Source: Eledone cirrhosa (taxonomy: Eukaryota). From it: DNA of 64,000 bases. A program made the translations under genes and the position numbers. The notes beneath the pieces were generated by a model that had not been told where the DNA came from, did not search any database, and saw only the letters and a list, made by a program, of their open reading frames with translations. The stretch spans positions 228,098,001-228,162,000 of the forward strand of contig OZ024741.1 in assembly GCA_964016885.1 (NCBI GenBank), in the 5' to 3' direction. Below are positions 1-12,697 of the stretch, piece after piece (the first letter of the stretch is position 1; the number at the start of each line of letters is the position of its first letter).

Positions 1-2970
1 ATGCTGACGGGCTAGGACAAGATTCGGTTGACATCCTAAATTTAGTGGTAGATGAATTGAACAATGATAGTGGGAGACCTATGAACCTAAGATTTGTAGA
101 CAGGAAAAAGTTAAAAGAAACAACAGCTAAGGTAAACAAAGTCATCCCATACCTTGAGGCGAGGAGCCTTCACCAGTGCAATAATATCCTCAGAGCAACA
201 GCAAATACGGTGAGGAAACTACTTGGTATAAAAGCGAGAGGAAACAACAGACAAGAAAGAGCAGAGCCGTGGTGGAAGAAGCGACTGAGTGGGCAAATCG
301 GGGAAATGAGAAATGACATAGGAAAGCTTGAGTCACTACTGAATGGGACACTAAAAAACATAGGCACTAAAAATAGACTGGAAATAAAATACAAAACTAG
401 GAGTAAAAAGCTAAATATTATCATAGAGGAATTGAAGCAACGCATTGTAGCAAAGAGTGCAAAAATCAGGCGATACGAGAACAGAGTCAGTCAGTATAAA
501 CAGAACCGCATGTTCGACAACAACCAGAAGATGCTGTTTGGACAGCTTGAGGGCAAAGAAAGAGGCAACGACTTGATCCCTGGGGCGGAGCAAACTAAAA
601 CATTCTGGAGAGGAATATGGGAGCAGGATGTTAGACACAATGCCCAGGCAGGGTGGATTGAGACAGTACAGAGGGAGATCGGTGAGCAGGCACAGCAACA
701 GACTGATTTGAGTATCACAGTTGAAACTCTTAAGGGGCAAGCCAAAAAACTAACCAACTGGAAATCACCAGGCCCAGATGGTGTGCAGGGGTATTGGATT
801 AAACATCTAACATCCCTCCACCCGAAGCTGACGGCCATGTTCAATGACTGCTTGGTGTCGGGTGAGGTGCCAGAGTGGTTGACAAAAGGTACCACAGTTC
901 TGATAATGAAAGACCGAATCAAGGGTAATGATGCTACCAACTATAGACCTATCACATGTCTGCCCGTAATGTGGAAACTGTTGACGAGCATTGTGTCTGA
1001 GGAAATCTACCATCACCTCCACACAAACAACTTGTTACCGGACGAACAGAAAGGATGCCGAAAGAAGTCACGTGGTACAAAGGACCAGTTGCTTATTGAT
1101 AAGATGGTAATGGGGAATTGCAGGAGGAGACACACTGATCTTGCCATGGGATGGATAGACTACAGAAAGGCATTTGACATGGTGCCTCATTCATGGATCA
1201 CCAAAAGCCTGGAGATCTTCAGGGTGGCGGATAACATCAGACAGTTGCTAGGCAGGAGTATGGGGTCCTGGGAGACAGAGTTGACATCAACTGGAGTATC
1301 CTTGGGAAGCGTGAAGATCAAGAGAGGTATCTTCCAGGGAGATAGCCTGTCCCCTCTGTTGTTTGTCCTTGCCCTGATGCCCTTGACCATTATGCTGCGA
1401 AAAGTGAGAGCAGGATACAAGTTGGGAAGGGGAGAGCTTACCATCAATCACCTCCTCTTCATGGACGATCTTAAGCTCTTCGGGAAAAGTGAGAAGGAGT
1501 TGGATGTGCTTGTTGACACTGTCCGTATTTTCAGCAGTGATATATGTATGCAGTTTGGTATTGGTAAATGTGGAGTCATTGTGATGAGGAGGGGTAGGTT
1601 GAGCAGAAGTAACGGGATCCAGATACCAACAGGTGAGATGATAAAGGAAATTGACTCTGAGGAAGGATACAAGTATTTGGGCGTTCTGGAGGCTGATGGC
1701 ATAAAGAACAAAAAAATGAAGGAATTGTTAAGAACTGAATACATTCGGAGAGTAAGGAGCGTATTGAAGTCACATCTGAACAGCAGAAATGCCATAAGCG
1801 CAGTAAATTCCCGAGCTGTGTCTATTATTAGGTACAGTGCGGGAATTCTGAGATGGAATGTTGCTGAACAGAAAGAAATGGATAGGAAGACTAGGAAGCT
1901 ATTGACTATCTACAACATGTTCCACAAGAGGAGTGATGTCGATAGACTCTACCTAAGGAGATCTGAGGGTGGAAGAGGTCTTATCAGCATAGAGGACTGT
2001 GTTCAGATGGAGAAAAACAACCTATACAAATACGTGACCTATAGTAAGGAGCCAATGCTCAGAACTGTACTGAAGGAGGGGACAGTAGGCCAGGGGATGT
2101 CCAGGGAGGAAATAACATCAAGGAGGAAGAGCAGCCTTAAGGGAAAACCCCTTCATAGTACCTTCTTTGAGAAAACTGAATTTAGAGATCCACAGACATG
2201 GAACTGGTTGAGAAGAGGAGACCTCAAAAAGGCTACAGAAGGAATGCTAATGGCTGCGCAGGAGCAGGCCCTCAAAACGAAGTGGTTGAAGCACCATATC
2301 TACAAGGAGGAGGCTAGCCCACTGTGCAGGATCTGTGGAGAGAGAGAGGAGACTGTGGCTCACATTGTGTCCGAGTGTAAACACCTAGCCCAGACCCACT
2401 ATAAGGGCTGGAGACACGATGTGATGGGCAGGGTGATCCACTGGCACCTGTGCAAAGTAAACAATCTACCACATTCTGAGAAATGGTATGAGCATAGGCC
2501 AGAGGCGGTGATGGAGAACAATCAGGTGAAGGTGCTGTGGGATTTTAGGATACAGACGGACAAAAAACTGGAACACAATAGACCTGACCTGGTGGTTGTG
2601 GACAAAGAAAAAAGATCGTGCCTGATTGTGGATGTGGCCTGCCCGTTCGACACGAGAGTGCAAGAGAAGGAGAGGGAGAAAATTAACCGATACCAGGACC
2701 TAAAGTGGGAGGTGAAAAGGATTTGGAACTGCCATGAAGTCAAAGTGATCCCGATTGTCATAGGCGCACTGGGGACTATCTCCAAAAGTTTCCAGGGATG
2801 GTTAAAGAAAATCGGCCCCTTCACGCTTTTTGGAACGCTTCAAAAGGCATGCTTGCTTGGAACAGCAAGAACCCTCCGATACGTCCTGAATATCTGAGGC
2901 TGCAGGTAGTGGCTTGATATTCAATCCAACGGACTTTCCAGTTAACCAACATCAATGACCGAGATTCAAG
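1..2970 (+). mobile_element. Dong/R4-clade non-LTR retrotransposon, family A, copy A1 (5' end beyond window)
   Basis: Single ORF with RT plus restriction-like endonuclease, ~70 bp 3' UTR, then an (AAC/AAT)n tail at 2972-3031. Confidence 0.92.
45..2897 (+). CDS. Intact RT + CCHC + RLE polyprotein (R4/Dong type); frame is open to the window edge
   Basis: Motifs KSPGPDG, NYRPITCL, GIFQGDSLSPLLF, HLLFMDDLKLF, YKYLG, CRIC..ETVAHIVSEC, RHD, NRPD..IVDVACP..EKINRY; no stops in 950 aa. Confidence 0.93.
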   Translation: MVDELNNDSGRPMNLRFVDRKKLKETTAKVNKVIPYLEARSLHQCNNILRATANTVRKLLGIKARGNNRQERAEPWWKKRLSGQIGEMRNDIGKLESLLNGTLKNIGTKNRLEIKYKTRSKKLNIIIEELKQRIVAKSAKIRRYENRVSQYKQNRMFDNNQKMLFGQLEGKERGNDLIPGAEQTKTFWRGIWEQDVRHNAQAGWIETVQREIGEQAQQQTDLSITVETLKGQAKKLTNWKSPGPDGVQGYWIKHLTSLHPKLTAMFNDCLVSGEVPEWLTKGTTVLIMKDRIKGNDATNYRPITCLPVMWKLLTSIVSEEIYHHLHTNNLLPDEQKGCRKKSRGTKDQLLIDKMVMGNCRRRHTDLAMGWIDYRKAFDMVPHSWITKSLEIFRVADNIRQLLGRSMGSWETELTSTGVSLGSVKIKRGIFQGDSLSPLLFVLALMPLTIMLRKVRAGYKLGRGELTINHLLFMDDLKLFGKSEKELDVLVDTVRIFSSDICMQFGIGKCGVIVMRRGRLSRSNGIQIPTGEMIKEIDSEEGYKYLGVLEADGIKNKKMKELLRTEYIRRVRSVLKSHLNSRNAISAVNSRAVSIIRYSAGILRWNVAEQKEMDRKTRKLLTIYNMFHKRSDVDRLYLRRSEGGRGLISIEDCVQMEKNNLYKYVTYSKEPMLRTVLKEGTVGQGMSREEITSRRKSSLKGKPLHSTFFEKTEFRDPQTWNWLRRGDLKKATEGMLMAAQEQALKTKWLKHHIYKEEASPLCRICGEREETVAHIVSECKHLAQTHYKGWRHDVMGRVIHWHLCKVNNLPHSEKWYEHRPEAVMENNQVKVLWDFRIQTDKKLEHNRPDLVVVDKEKRSCLIVDVACPFDTRVQEKEREKINRYQDLKWEVKRIWNCHEVKVIPIVIGALGTISKSFQGWLKKIGPFTLFGTLQKACLLGTARTLRYVLNI

Positions 2971-2971
2971 G

Positions 2972-2983
2972 AATAACAATAAC

Positions 2984-3031
<48 letters not shown>
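2972..3031 (+). repeat. (AAT)n tail/target of Dong A1
   Basis: aataac x2 followed by an aat run. Confidence 0.95.
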
Positions 3032-4602
3032 CAACGTTCACCAGAGGAAAGCTGCTGAAGAGTTCAGACATTAATCTTGATCGGGGGAACGTGATAAGAG
3101 AGCTTGATCAAGAACAAACTTACAAATATCTAGGTGTTTGTGAAGGAGACGGAATCAAGCACTCGACAATGAGGGAAAGGATAAAGGAAGGAATGTTACC
3201 GCAGAGTCAGAGCAATCTTAAGAACGGAATTGAATGCAAGGAATAGGATCGATGCCATAAACACGCTTGCCATACCAGTAGTAACCTACAGTTACAATGT
3301 CATCAACTGGTCAAGCACAGAGATCCGTAGGCTCGATACAAAAATCCGAAAATTCTTAACCATGCACAGAATGCATCACCCTAAGGCAGACATAGATAGA
3401 ATATATCTCCCTAGGAAAGAAGGAGGACGTGGGTTAATCCAGTTAGACATTGCGTTGAAAACTGCAACAATTGGATTATCCACATATCTAAGGGAATCAC
3501 ATGATTGGATGATCAAACTCGTTTTGAAACACGAAAGCACCAAAAGATCATATTCCATTACAAAAGATGCACAAAGATACAGTAATGGACTACAAATTTC
3601 AGAAGTCCCATTTACTGCTGAAATGGAAAACACAGAAAAAGCAAAGCAGGTAAAAGTAACTGCAAAGAAAGAACTGCTACAGAAACTGGCTAAGAAATGG
3701 CAAGAAAAGCCTCTGTATGGAAAATACCCAGAGCGAGCTAACAATCCTGATGTTGACAAAACTTTAACCCATCAGTGGTTGGCATCCTCTGGACTGAAAT
3801 CGGAGACTGAAGGACTGATTATATCCGCACAAGATCAGTGTCTGCCAACAAAAAATTACCAAGCCAACATAATAAAAAATGGGTGCAGCCCATTATGCCG
3901 TGTATGCAAAAAACAACCAGAGACCATTGACCATATAATTTCAATGTGCAGTCCTATAGCTCCAACCGAATACCTAAACAGGCATGACAGAGCTGCACAA
4001 TACATACATTGGATAATGTGTAAGCATTTTGACCTGCCCCATCAAAAGAATTGGTGGGAGCATCAACCACCTCCCATACTTGAAAAAGATCACATCTCAA
4101 TCTTGTGGAACTTTAGCATCCAAACAGACCGAAAAATAGATGCAAATAGACCTGATATAATATTGAAGGACTTTCAAAGGAGGGTATGCCTGCTAATTGA
4201 TATGTCTGTTCCAATAGACAAGAATGTATCTATAAAAACATTTGAAAAATTGAGCAAGTATAAGGACCTGGAGATAGAAATTGGAAAAATGTGGAAATTG
4301 AGAACTAAAACAATACCAGTGGTTGTAGGCGCTCTGGGAATGATACCTAAGGGGTCTAACGACTACTTATCGCAAATCCCAGGAAACCCGCGTATAGGAG
4401 AAATACAAAAGATAGTACTAATGGGAACTGCCCATATACTAAGGAAGATCCTGTCAATATAAGTACATCACAAGTCTAAACACTAAGGATGCATGTGTGA
4501 ATATGTGTGTTCTTTCTTGAACATGGCGGACCTTGTTGTCTCTTGAGGTCACTGGTTGTGACTTGGTGATAACTCGTATAAACATAAAGCAAGATAAATG
4601 CA
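3032..4602 (+). mobile_element. Dong/R4 family B, 5'-truncated copy B1 (ORF remnant 3230-4462)
   Basis: Starts directly after the AAT tract; TYKYLG, CRVC..ETIDHIISMC, RHD, NRPDII..IDMSVP..EKLSKY; (AAT)n tail 4603-4677. Confidence 0.9.
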
Positions 4603-4677
<75 letters not shown>

Positions 4678-6369
4678 CACCTGTTCTACATGGATGACCT
4701 GAAACTATTTGCAAAAGATGATGAACAATTGCAAGGGCTATTATCCACTGTGAAGCAGTTCAGTGATGACATTAAAATGGAGTTTGGACTAGATAAATGC
4801 GCCAAAGCAACGTTCACCAGAGGAAAGCTGCTGAAGAGTTCAGACATTAATCTTGATCGGGGGAACGTGATAAGAGAACTTGATCAAGAAAAAACTTACA
4901 AATATCTAGGTGTTTGTGAAGGAGACGGAATCAAGCACTCGACAATGAGGGAAAGGATAAGGAAGGAATGTTACCGCAGAGTAAGAGCAATCTTAAGAAC
5001 GGAATTGAATGCAAGGAATAGGATCGATGCCATAAACACGCTTGCCATACCAGTAGTAACCTACAGTTACAATGTCATCAACTGGTCAAGCACAGAGATC
5101 CGTAGGCTCGATACAAAAATTCGAAAATTCTTAACCATGTACAGAATGCATCACCCTAAGGCAGATATAGATAGAATATATCTCCCTAGGAAAGAAGGAG
5201 GACGTGGGTTAATCCAGTTAGACATTGCGTTGAAAACTGCAACAATTGGATTATCTACATATCTAAGGGAATCACATGATTGGATGATCAAACTCGTTTT
5301 GAAACACGAAAGCATCAAAAGATCATATTCCATTACAAAAGATGCACAAAGATACAGTAATGGACTACAAATTTCAGAAGTCCCATTTACTGCTGAAATG
5401 GAAAACACAGAAAAAGCAAAGCAGGTAAAAGTAACTGCAAAGAAAGAACTGCTACAGAAACTGGCTAAGAAATGGCAAGAAAAGCCTCTGTATGGAAAAT
5501 ACCCAGAGCGAGCTAACAATCCTGATGTTGACAAAACTTTAATCCATCAGTGGTTGGCATCCTCTGGACTGAAATCGGAGACTGAAGGACTGATTATATC
5601 GGCACAAGATCAGTGTCTGCCAACAAAAAATTACCAAGCCAACATAATAAAAAATGGGTGCAGCCCATTATGCCGTGTATGCAAAAAACAACCAGAGACC
5701 ATTGACCATATAATTTCAATGTGCAGTCCTATAGCTCCAACCGAATACCTAAACAGACATGACAGAGCTGCACAATACATACATTGGATAATGTGTAAAA
5801 ATTTTGACCTGCCCCATCAAAAGAATTGGTGGGAGCATCAACCACCTCCCATACTTGAAAAAGATCACATCTCAATCTTGTGGAACTTTAGCATCCAAAC
5901 AGACCGAAAAATAGATGCAAATAGACCTGATATAATATTGAAGGACTTTCAAAAGAGGGTATGCCTGCTAATTGATATGTCTGTTCCAATAGACAAGAAT
6001 GTATCTATAAAAACATTTGAAAAATTGAGCAGTATAAGGACCTGGAGATAGAAATTGGAAAAATGTGGAAATTGAGAACTAAAACAATACCAGTGGTTGT
6101 AGGCGCTCTGGGAATGATAACTAAGGGGTCTAATGACTACTTATCGCAAATCCCAGGAAACCCGCGTATAGGAGAAATACAAAAGATAGTACTAATGGGA
6201 ACTGCCCATATACTAAGGAAGATTCTGTCAATATAAGTACATCACAAGTCTAAACACTAAAGATGCATGTGTGAATATGTATGTTCTTTCTTGAACATGG
6301 CGGGTCTTGAGGTCACTGGTTGTGACTTGGTGATAACTCGTATGAACATAAAGCAAGATAAATGCAACT

Positions 6370-6371
<2 letters not shown>
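4678..6371 (+). mobile_element. Dong/R4 family B, 5'-truncated copy B2 (ORF 4690-6051, 1-bp frameshift near 6030)
   Basis: Begins at HLFYMDDLKLF; near-identical to B1; (TAA)n tail 6371-6427. Confidence 0.9.
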
Positions 6372-6424
<53 letters not shown>

Positions 6425-6447
6425 TAATTTTGACCGGATCAATAAAT

Positions 6448-7339
6448 CCAGGGGATGTCGAAGGAGGAAATAACAACAAGGAGAAAGAGCAACCTTCGTG
6501 AAAAATCCCTTCATAGTACCTTCTTTCAGAAAACGGAATTCAGAGATCCACAGACATGGAACTGGTTGAGAAGAGGAGACCTTAAAAAGGCTACAGAAGG
6601 AATGCTAATGGCTGCGCAAGAGCAGGCCCTCAAAACGAAGTGGCTGAAACACCATATTTACAAGGAGGAGGCTAGCCCACTGTGCAGGATCTGTGGAGAG
6701 AGGAGACTGTGGCTCACATTGTATCCGAGTGTAAACACCTAGTCCAGACTCACTATAAGGGCTGGAGACATGATGTGATGGGCAGGGTGATCCACTGGCA
6801 CCTATGCAAAGTAAACAATTAACCACATTCTGAGAAGTGGCATGAGCATAAGCCAGAGTCGGTGATAGAAAACGATCAAGTGAAGGTGCTGTGGGATTTT
6901 AAAATACAGACGGACAAGAAACTAGAACACAATAGGCCTGACCTGGTGGTTTTGGACAAGGAAAAAAGATCGTGCCTGATTGTGGATGTGGCCTGCCCAT
7001 TCGACACGAGAGTGCAAGAGAAGGAGAGGGAGAAAATTAACCGATACCAGGACTTAAAGTGGGAGGTAAAAAGGATTTGGAACTGCCATGAAGTCAAAGT
7101 GGTCCCGATTGTCATAGGCACACTAGGTACTATCTCAAAAGGTTTCCAGGGATGGTTAAAGAAAATTGGCCCCACCACGCTTTTTGGAACGCTTCAAAAG
7201 GCATGCTTGCTGGGAACAGCAAGAACCCTCCGATACGTCCTGAATATCTGAGGCTGCTGGTAGTGGCTTGATATTCATTTCAACAAACTTTCCAGTTAAC
7301 TAACATCAATGACTGAGACTCAAAGAACAATAATAATAA
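6448..7339 (+). mobile_element. Dong/R4 family A, 5'-truncated copy A2 (frameshift and stop)
   Basis: Aligns to 2090-2970 of A1; short AAT tail at 7326-7338. Confidence 0.9.
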
Positions 7340-7914
7340 GTTTGATAGAGTGTTATGGAATCGCTCCCGTAAGTATTTGATTTTTTTACATATTTAAAAC
7401 AATTGTGATAGAATAATTCTTATTACAAATGGGACATAAGGCACCAGTCAAAACTCTCAGGAAGTGACAACACATAACACTCTGGCATATGGCTCAAATA
7501 TTTAATTTTGTATCAGAAATTTTATAGTAAAAAAAAAGATGGTTACAAATGGTCACAAATGGAAGAAAACAACAGCGAAATCAGTTCAACACCAACACCA
7601 CCACCGCCTCCGCCACCACCACCACTACCACAAACTTTAGCTAGAGAGAAACCAACAGCAGCAACAACACCATTACTACAGTACTCCTACTCCATCTCCA
7701 CCATCACCACTCCATCATTGCTACCACCACTATTCCCTCACTACCTCCTGGAGAGGGAAGGTAGTAGTAGTGCCTAGAAAGAGGATAGCTACCAAAAGAT
7801 ATAAATAGACTGATTTAGTGACCCGGTCAAACATAACCATAATAATAATTATTATTGTCGTTGTACCTCTAAACTCTCTCAAAATGTTTAGTTTAATCGA
7901 TGTCAAATAATAAC

Positions 7915-8098
7915 TGTATCTACTTTTGGCACAAGCCCAGCAATTACCCAGTACATTACTGGTACTTTATTTTATCGACCCCGTAAGGATGAAAGGCAAA
8001 GTTAACCTCGGCTGGATTTGAACTCAGATCATAAAGGGCCATAACTCTTTGCTGCAAAGCATGGCGTGCGACTTTTTACTGATACTGCCAATCCACCG
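7915..8098 (-). mobile_element. tRNA-derived SINE copy 1
   Basis: Minus strand has A-box-like TGGCAGTATCAG and B-box GAGTTCAAATCC, then the conserved body TTTGCCTTTCATCCTTACGGGGTCGATAAAATAAAGTACCAGT; six copies in the window. Confidence 0.85.
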
Positions 8099-8399
8099 AT
8101 AAGCAACAAGTCGAAAAATTACAGAACAGAACACAGACAAAAACCATCGCAACATCAAAAGAAAAACAAATTTCAAAAGTTTTGAACGCAACACCCCCTA
8201 CCTCCCTCGTTGCTATGACTACGAGCTTAGCGTAGCTAATATCAAAAACAGCAGCAGCAACAACAATACTAGTAATCAATGTTACTGGCCTTGAAAAACA
8301 AAAAGAAAAAAAGTCAGACATTCAAACATTACAATGAAAATTATGTTTATTTTTTATGTTTTTATTTATTTATTTGTTTATTTATTTATTTTCGTCTAC

Positions 8400-11300
8400 A
8401 GCGTGATGGTGCCCCGCTAAAATCACCGGTGGTGATGAAATCACCGGTGGTTATGTAACTATACATTCACCAATCCTCGATATGAGTGTTTAAATGACGA
8501 ACCTAAACAGTTCGAATAACGGTGAAAAGGAGACTGGAACGTCATGTGAAAGACTCTCACCCAGCAAGTGGACAAGAACCAACTGGACGAAAGAATTGAA
8601 TAGAACTGTCATGGAATGTTACCCGAATAGTAACCCTATGGAAAAAGGCTATAGGAAACGGATGCATAACACCTGGAACGAGATTGGTCTATTTAAATTA
8701 GATGGACAAAAATTGGCCGGACAGGCTCGGGTAATAAGAACTAATGGATGGATAAGCGAGCTGAAACTGGAGGAACTGAGCAGAGAGATTAAGTTGGAAA
8801 TGGAGAGTGGAGTATGTCAGGCAAACGAGCCAGGGGGAAATGAAGGTGAAGAGGTTGAGAGACCTGAGGAAGCATCCGAAGCAGACAATGATCTGAATAC
8901 TGAAATAAATAACATCTGGAACAAAGATACGGCCATTGTGGAAATGAATGCAAGATTTGGTTGATATCCTGAACTTAGTGGTAGATGAATTGAACAATGA
9001 TAGTGGGAAACCTATGAACCTAAGATTTGTAGACAGGAAAAAGTTAAAAGAAACAACAGCTAAGGTAAACAAAGTCATCCCATACCTTGAGGCGAGGAAC
9101 CTTTACATATGCAACAATATCCTCAATGCAACAGCAAATGCGGTGAGGAAATTACGTGGCATAAAATCGAGAGGAAACAACAGACAAAAAAGGTCAGAAG
9201 CGTGGTGGAAGAAACGACTGAATGGTCAAATCAAGTAAATGAGAAAAGACATTGGAAAGCTTGAGTCCTTACTAAATGGGACATTCCAAAACATAGACAC
9301 TAAAGATAGATTGAAAATAAAATACAAAACTAGGGGGAAAAAGCTAAATATTTTCATTGAGGAACTGAAGCAACGCATTGTAGCAAAGAGTGCAAAGATT
9401 AGGCGGTATGAGAACAGAATTAGTCAGTGTAGACAGAACCGCATGTTTGACAAAAACCAGATGATGTTGTTTGGGCAGCTTGAAGGGAAAGAAAGAAGCA
9501 ACGACTTGATCCCTGAGGCGGAACAGACTAAGACATTCTGGAGAGGAATATGGGAGCAGAATGTTGAACATAATAGTCAGGCAGTGTGAATTGAGACAGT
9601 TCAAAAGGAGATTAGTGAACAAGCACACTAGCAACCTTATTTGAGTATCACAGTTGAAACTCTTAAAGGGCAGGCCAAAAACTAACCAACTGGAAATCAC
9701 CAGGCCCAGATGGTGTGCAAGGGTATTGAATTAAAAATATAACATCGCTCGACCCGAAACTGACAACCATGTTCAATGACTGCTTGATGTCGGGTGAAGT
9801 ACCAGAGTGGTTGACAAAAGGTACCACAGTTCTGGTAATGAAAGACCGAATCAAGGGTAATGATGTTAGGCCTATCACATTTCTGTCCGTAATGTGGAAA
9901 CTGTTAACAAGCATTGTGTCTGAGGAAATCTACCATCACCTCCACATAAACAACTTCTTACCGGACGAACAGAAAGGATGCCGAAAGAAGTCCCATGGTA
10001 CAAAAGACCAGTTACTTATTGATAAGATGGTAATGAGGAATTGCAAGAGGAGCCACACTGGTCTTGCCATGGGATGGATAGATTACAAAAAGGCATTCGA
10101 CAAGGTAACCAAAAGCCTAGAGATCTTCAAGGTGGCAGATAACATCAGACAGTTGTTGAGCAAAAGTATGAAGTACTGGGAAACAGAGTTAACATCAGGG
10201 GGAGAATACTTGGAAGGTATGAAGATCAAGAGAGGTATCTTCCAGGGAGATAGTTTGTCCCCTCTGCTGTTTGTCCTTACTCTGATACCCATGTCCGTTA
10301 TATTGCGAAAAGTGAGAGCAGGATACAAGTTGGGAAGAGGAGAGCTTACCATCAACCACCTCCTCTTCATGGACGACCTTAAACTCTTTGCGAAGAGTGA
10401 GGAATTGGATGCACTTGTTGACACTGTCCGTATTTTCAGCAATGATATATGTATGGAATTTGGTATTAATAAGTGTGGAGTCCTAGTGATGAAGAGGGGT
10501 TAATTGAGCAGAAGCAACGGAATCCAGGTACCAACAGGTGAGATGATAAAAGAAATTGACACTGAAGAAGGATACAAATATTTAGGTGTTCTGGAAGCAG
10601 ATGACATCAAGAACAAAAAAAATGTAGGAATTGATAAGATCTGAGTACACAAGGAGAGTAAGGAGCGTATTAAAATCACATCTAAATAGTAGGAATGTCA
10701 TGAGTGCAGTAAATTCCCGAGCTTTGTCTATTATTAGGTACAGTGCGGGAATTCTGAAATGGAATGTTGCTGAACAAAAAGAAATGGATAGGAAGACTAG
10801 GTAGCTATTGACTATCTATAACATGTTCCACAAGAGGAGTGATGTCGATAGATTCTACTTAAAGAGATCTGAAGGTGGAAAAAGTCTGTGTTCAGATGGA
10901 GAAAAACAACCTGCACAAATATGTGACTGACAGTAGGGAGCCAATGCTCAAAATTGTACTGAAGGAGAAGACAATAGACCAGGGGATGTCCAAGGCGGAA
11001 GAGCAACCTTCATGAAAAATCCCTTAATAGCACCTTCTTTAAGAAAACGGAATTTAGAGATCCACAGACATGGAATTGGTTAAAAAGAGGAAACCTTAAA
11101 AAGGCTACAGAAGGAATGCTAATGGCTGCGCAAGAGCAGGCCCTCCAAACGAAGTGGGTGAAACACCATATTGACAAGGAGGAGGCTAGCTCACTGTGTA
11201 GGATCTGTTGAGAGAGGAGACTGTGGCTCACATTGTATCCGAGAGTAAACACCTAGCCCAGACTCACTATAAAGGCTGGAGACATGATGTGATGGGCAGG

Positions 11301-11830
11301 GTGATCCACTGGCATCTATGCAAAGTAAACAATTTACCACATTCTGAAAAGTGGTATGAGCATAAGCCAGAGTCGGTGATAGAAAACGATCAGGTGAAGG
11401 TGCTACAGGATTTTAGGATACAGACAGACAAGAAATTAAAACACAATAGGCCTGACCTGGTGGTTTTTGACAAGGAAAAAAGATCGTGCCTGATTGTAGA
11501 TGTAGCCTGCCCATTTGACACGAGAGTGAAAGAAAAGGAGAGGGAGAAAATTAACCGATACCAGGATTTAAAGTGGGAGTTAAAAAGGATTTGGAACTGT
11601 CATGATTTCAAGGTCGTCCCGATTGTCATAGGAGCATTAGATACTATCTCAAAGAGTTTCCGAGGATGGTTAAAGAAGATTAGTCCAGCTCCCTTCTTTG
11701 GAACACTTCAAAAGGCATGCTTGCTGGGAACAGTAAGAACCCTCCGATACGTCCTGAATGGCTGAGGCTGCAGGTAGCGGCTTGGTATTCATTTCAACAA
11801 ACTTTCTAGTTAAATAACATCAATGACAGA
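8400..11830 (+). mobile_element. Near full-length decayed Dong/R4 family A copy A3 (multiple stops and frameshifts)
   Basis: ORF pieces 8494-8964 (N-terminal WTKELNRTVMECY..GYRKRM..W), 8948-9238, 9239-9589, 9769-10503 and 11208-11765 are colinear with A1. Confidence 0.9.
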
Positions 11831-11844
11831 CTCATATACACTGA

Positions 11845-12060
11845 GACTTATATAGGCACAAGGCCAGCAATTTTGGGGGAGGGGAAACTCGATTAAATCG
11901 ACCCAGTGTGTGACTGGTACTTTATTGTATCAACGCTGTAAGGATGAAAGGCAAAGTTAACCTCGTTGGGATTTCAACTCAGACCGTAAAGGGACGTAAC
12001 TCTATGCTACAAAGCATGGCATCCGACTCTCTACCGATACTGTCAATCCACCGCCCTTAT
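11845..12060 (-). mobile_element. SINE copy 2 (long-tail subfamily)
   Basis: Same body; extra GGGGAGGGGAAACTCGATTAAATCGAC segment shared with copy 5. Confidence 0.85.
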
Positions 12061-12077
12061 AATAATAATAATAATAA

Positions 12078-12270
12078 TTGTTTCTACTTTTGGCACAAGG
12101 CCAGCAATTATCCCAGTGTATTACTGGTACTTTATTTTATCGACCCCTTAAGGATGAAAGGCAAAGTTAACCTCGTTGGGATTTCAACTCAGACCGTAAA
12201 GGGACGTAACTCTATGCTACAAAGCATGGCATCCGACTCTCTACCGATACTGTCAATCCACCGCCCTTAT
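12078..12270 (-). mobile_element. SINE copy 3 (short-tail subfamily), flanked by (AAT)n
   Basis: Same body; 12151-12270 is identical to 11941-12060. Confidence 0.88.
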
Positions 12271-12291
12271 AATAATAATAATAATAATAAT

Positions 12292-12530
12292 GATGATTTC
12301 ATTTATTGGCCACAAGGGCCGACATGTAGGGGACAATACAAAGACAGGGACAGTGGGGGTTTACAATAAGGTTGAGTAAAAGTGCACAATGGCAAGACTA
12401 ATTTAACAATGAAGATATATAAATATAAAATAAACTATGCATAAATATAACAAAATAAATTCCGCTATAGGGGGTGGACGACCCTGGGGTGACTCAGGTA
12501 CCCCACCAATCCTGAACCACCCTGCGCTTC
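12292..12530 (-). mobile_element. 3'-UTR fragment of a Tx1/L1-type LINE
   Basis: GATTTCATTTATTGGCCACAAGGGCCGACAT resembles the 3' ends at 41401 and 47445; lies next to (AAT)n. Confidence 0.6.
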
Positions 12531-12545
12531 TAATAATAATAATAC

Positions 12546-12554
12546 CACCACCAC

Positions 12555-12591
<37 letters not shown>

Positions 12592-12657
12592 TACTACTAC
12601 TACTACTACCACAACCTCCCACTACTACTATTACCACCATAGCCTCTACTACTACTT

Positions 12658-12697
<40 letters not shown>

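Noticed and set aside
6429-7831. 18/20 inverted match between 6429-6448 and 7812-7831
   Set aside because: Short, overlaps the Dong A2 5' junction, no TSD; insufficient for a TIR element
170-10442. Minus-strand ORFs overlapping the Dong ORFs (and likewise plus-strand ORFs over Tx1)
   Set aside because: Antisense shadows of TE coding sequence with no domain motifs
11944-12369. 141-aa ORF with an internal repeat
   Set aside because: Antisense read-through of two tandem SINEs
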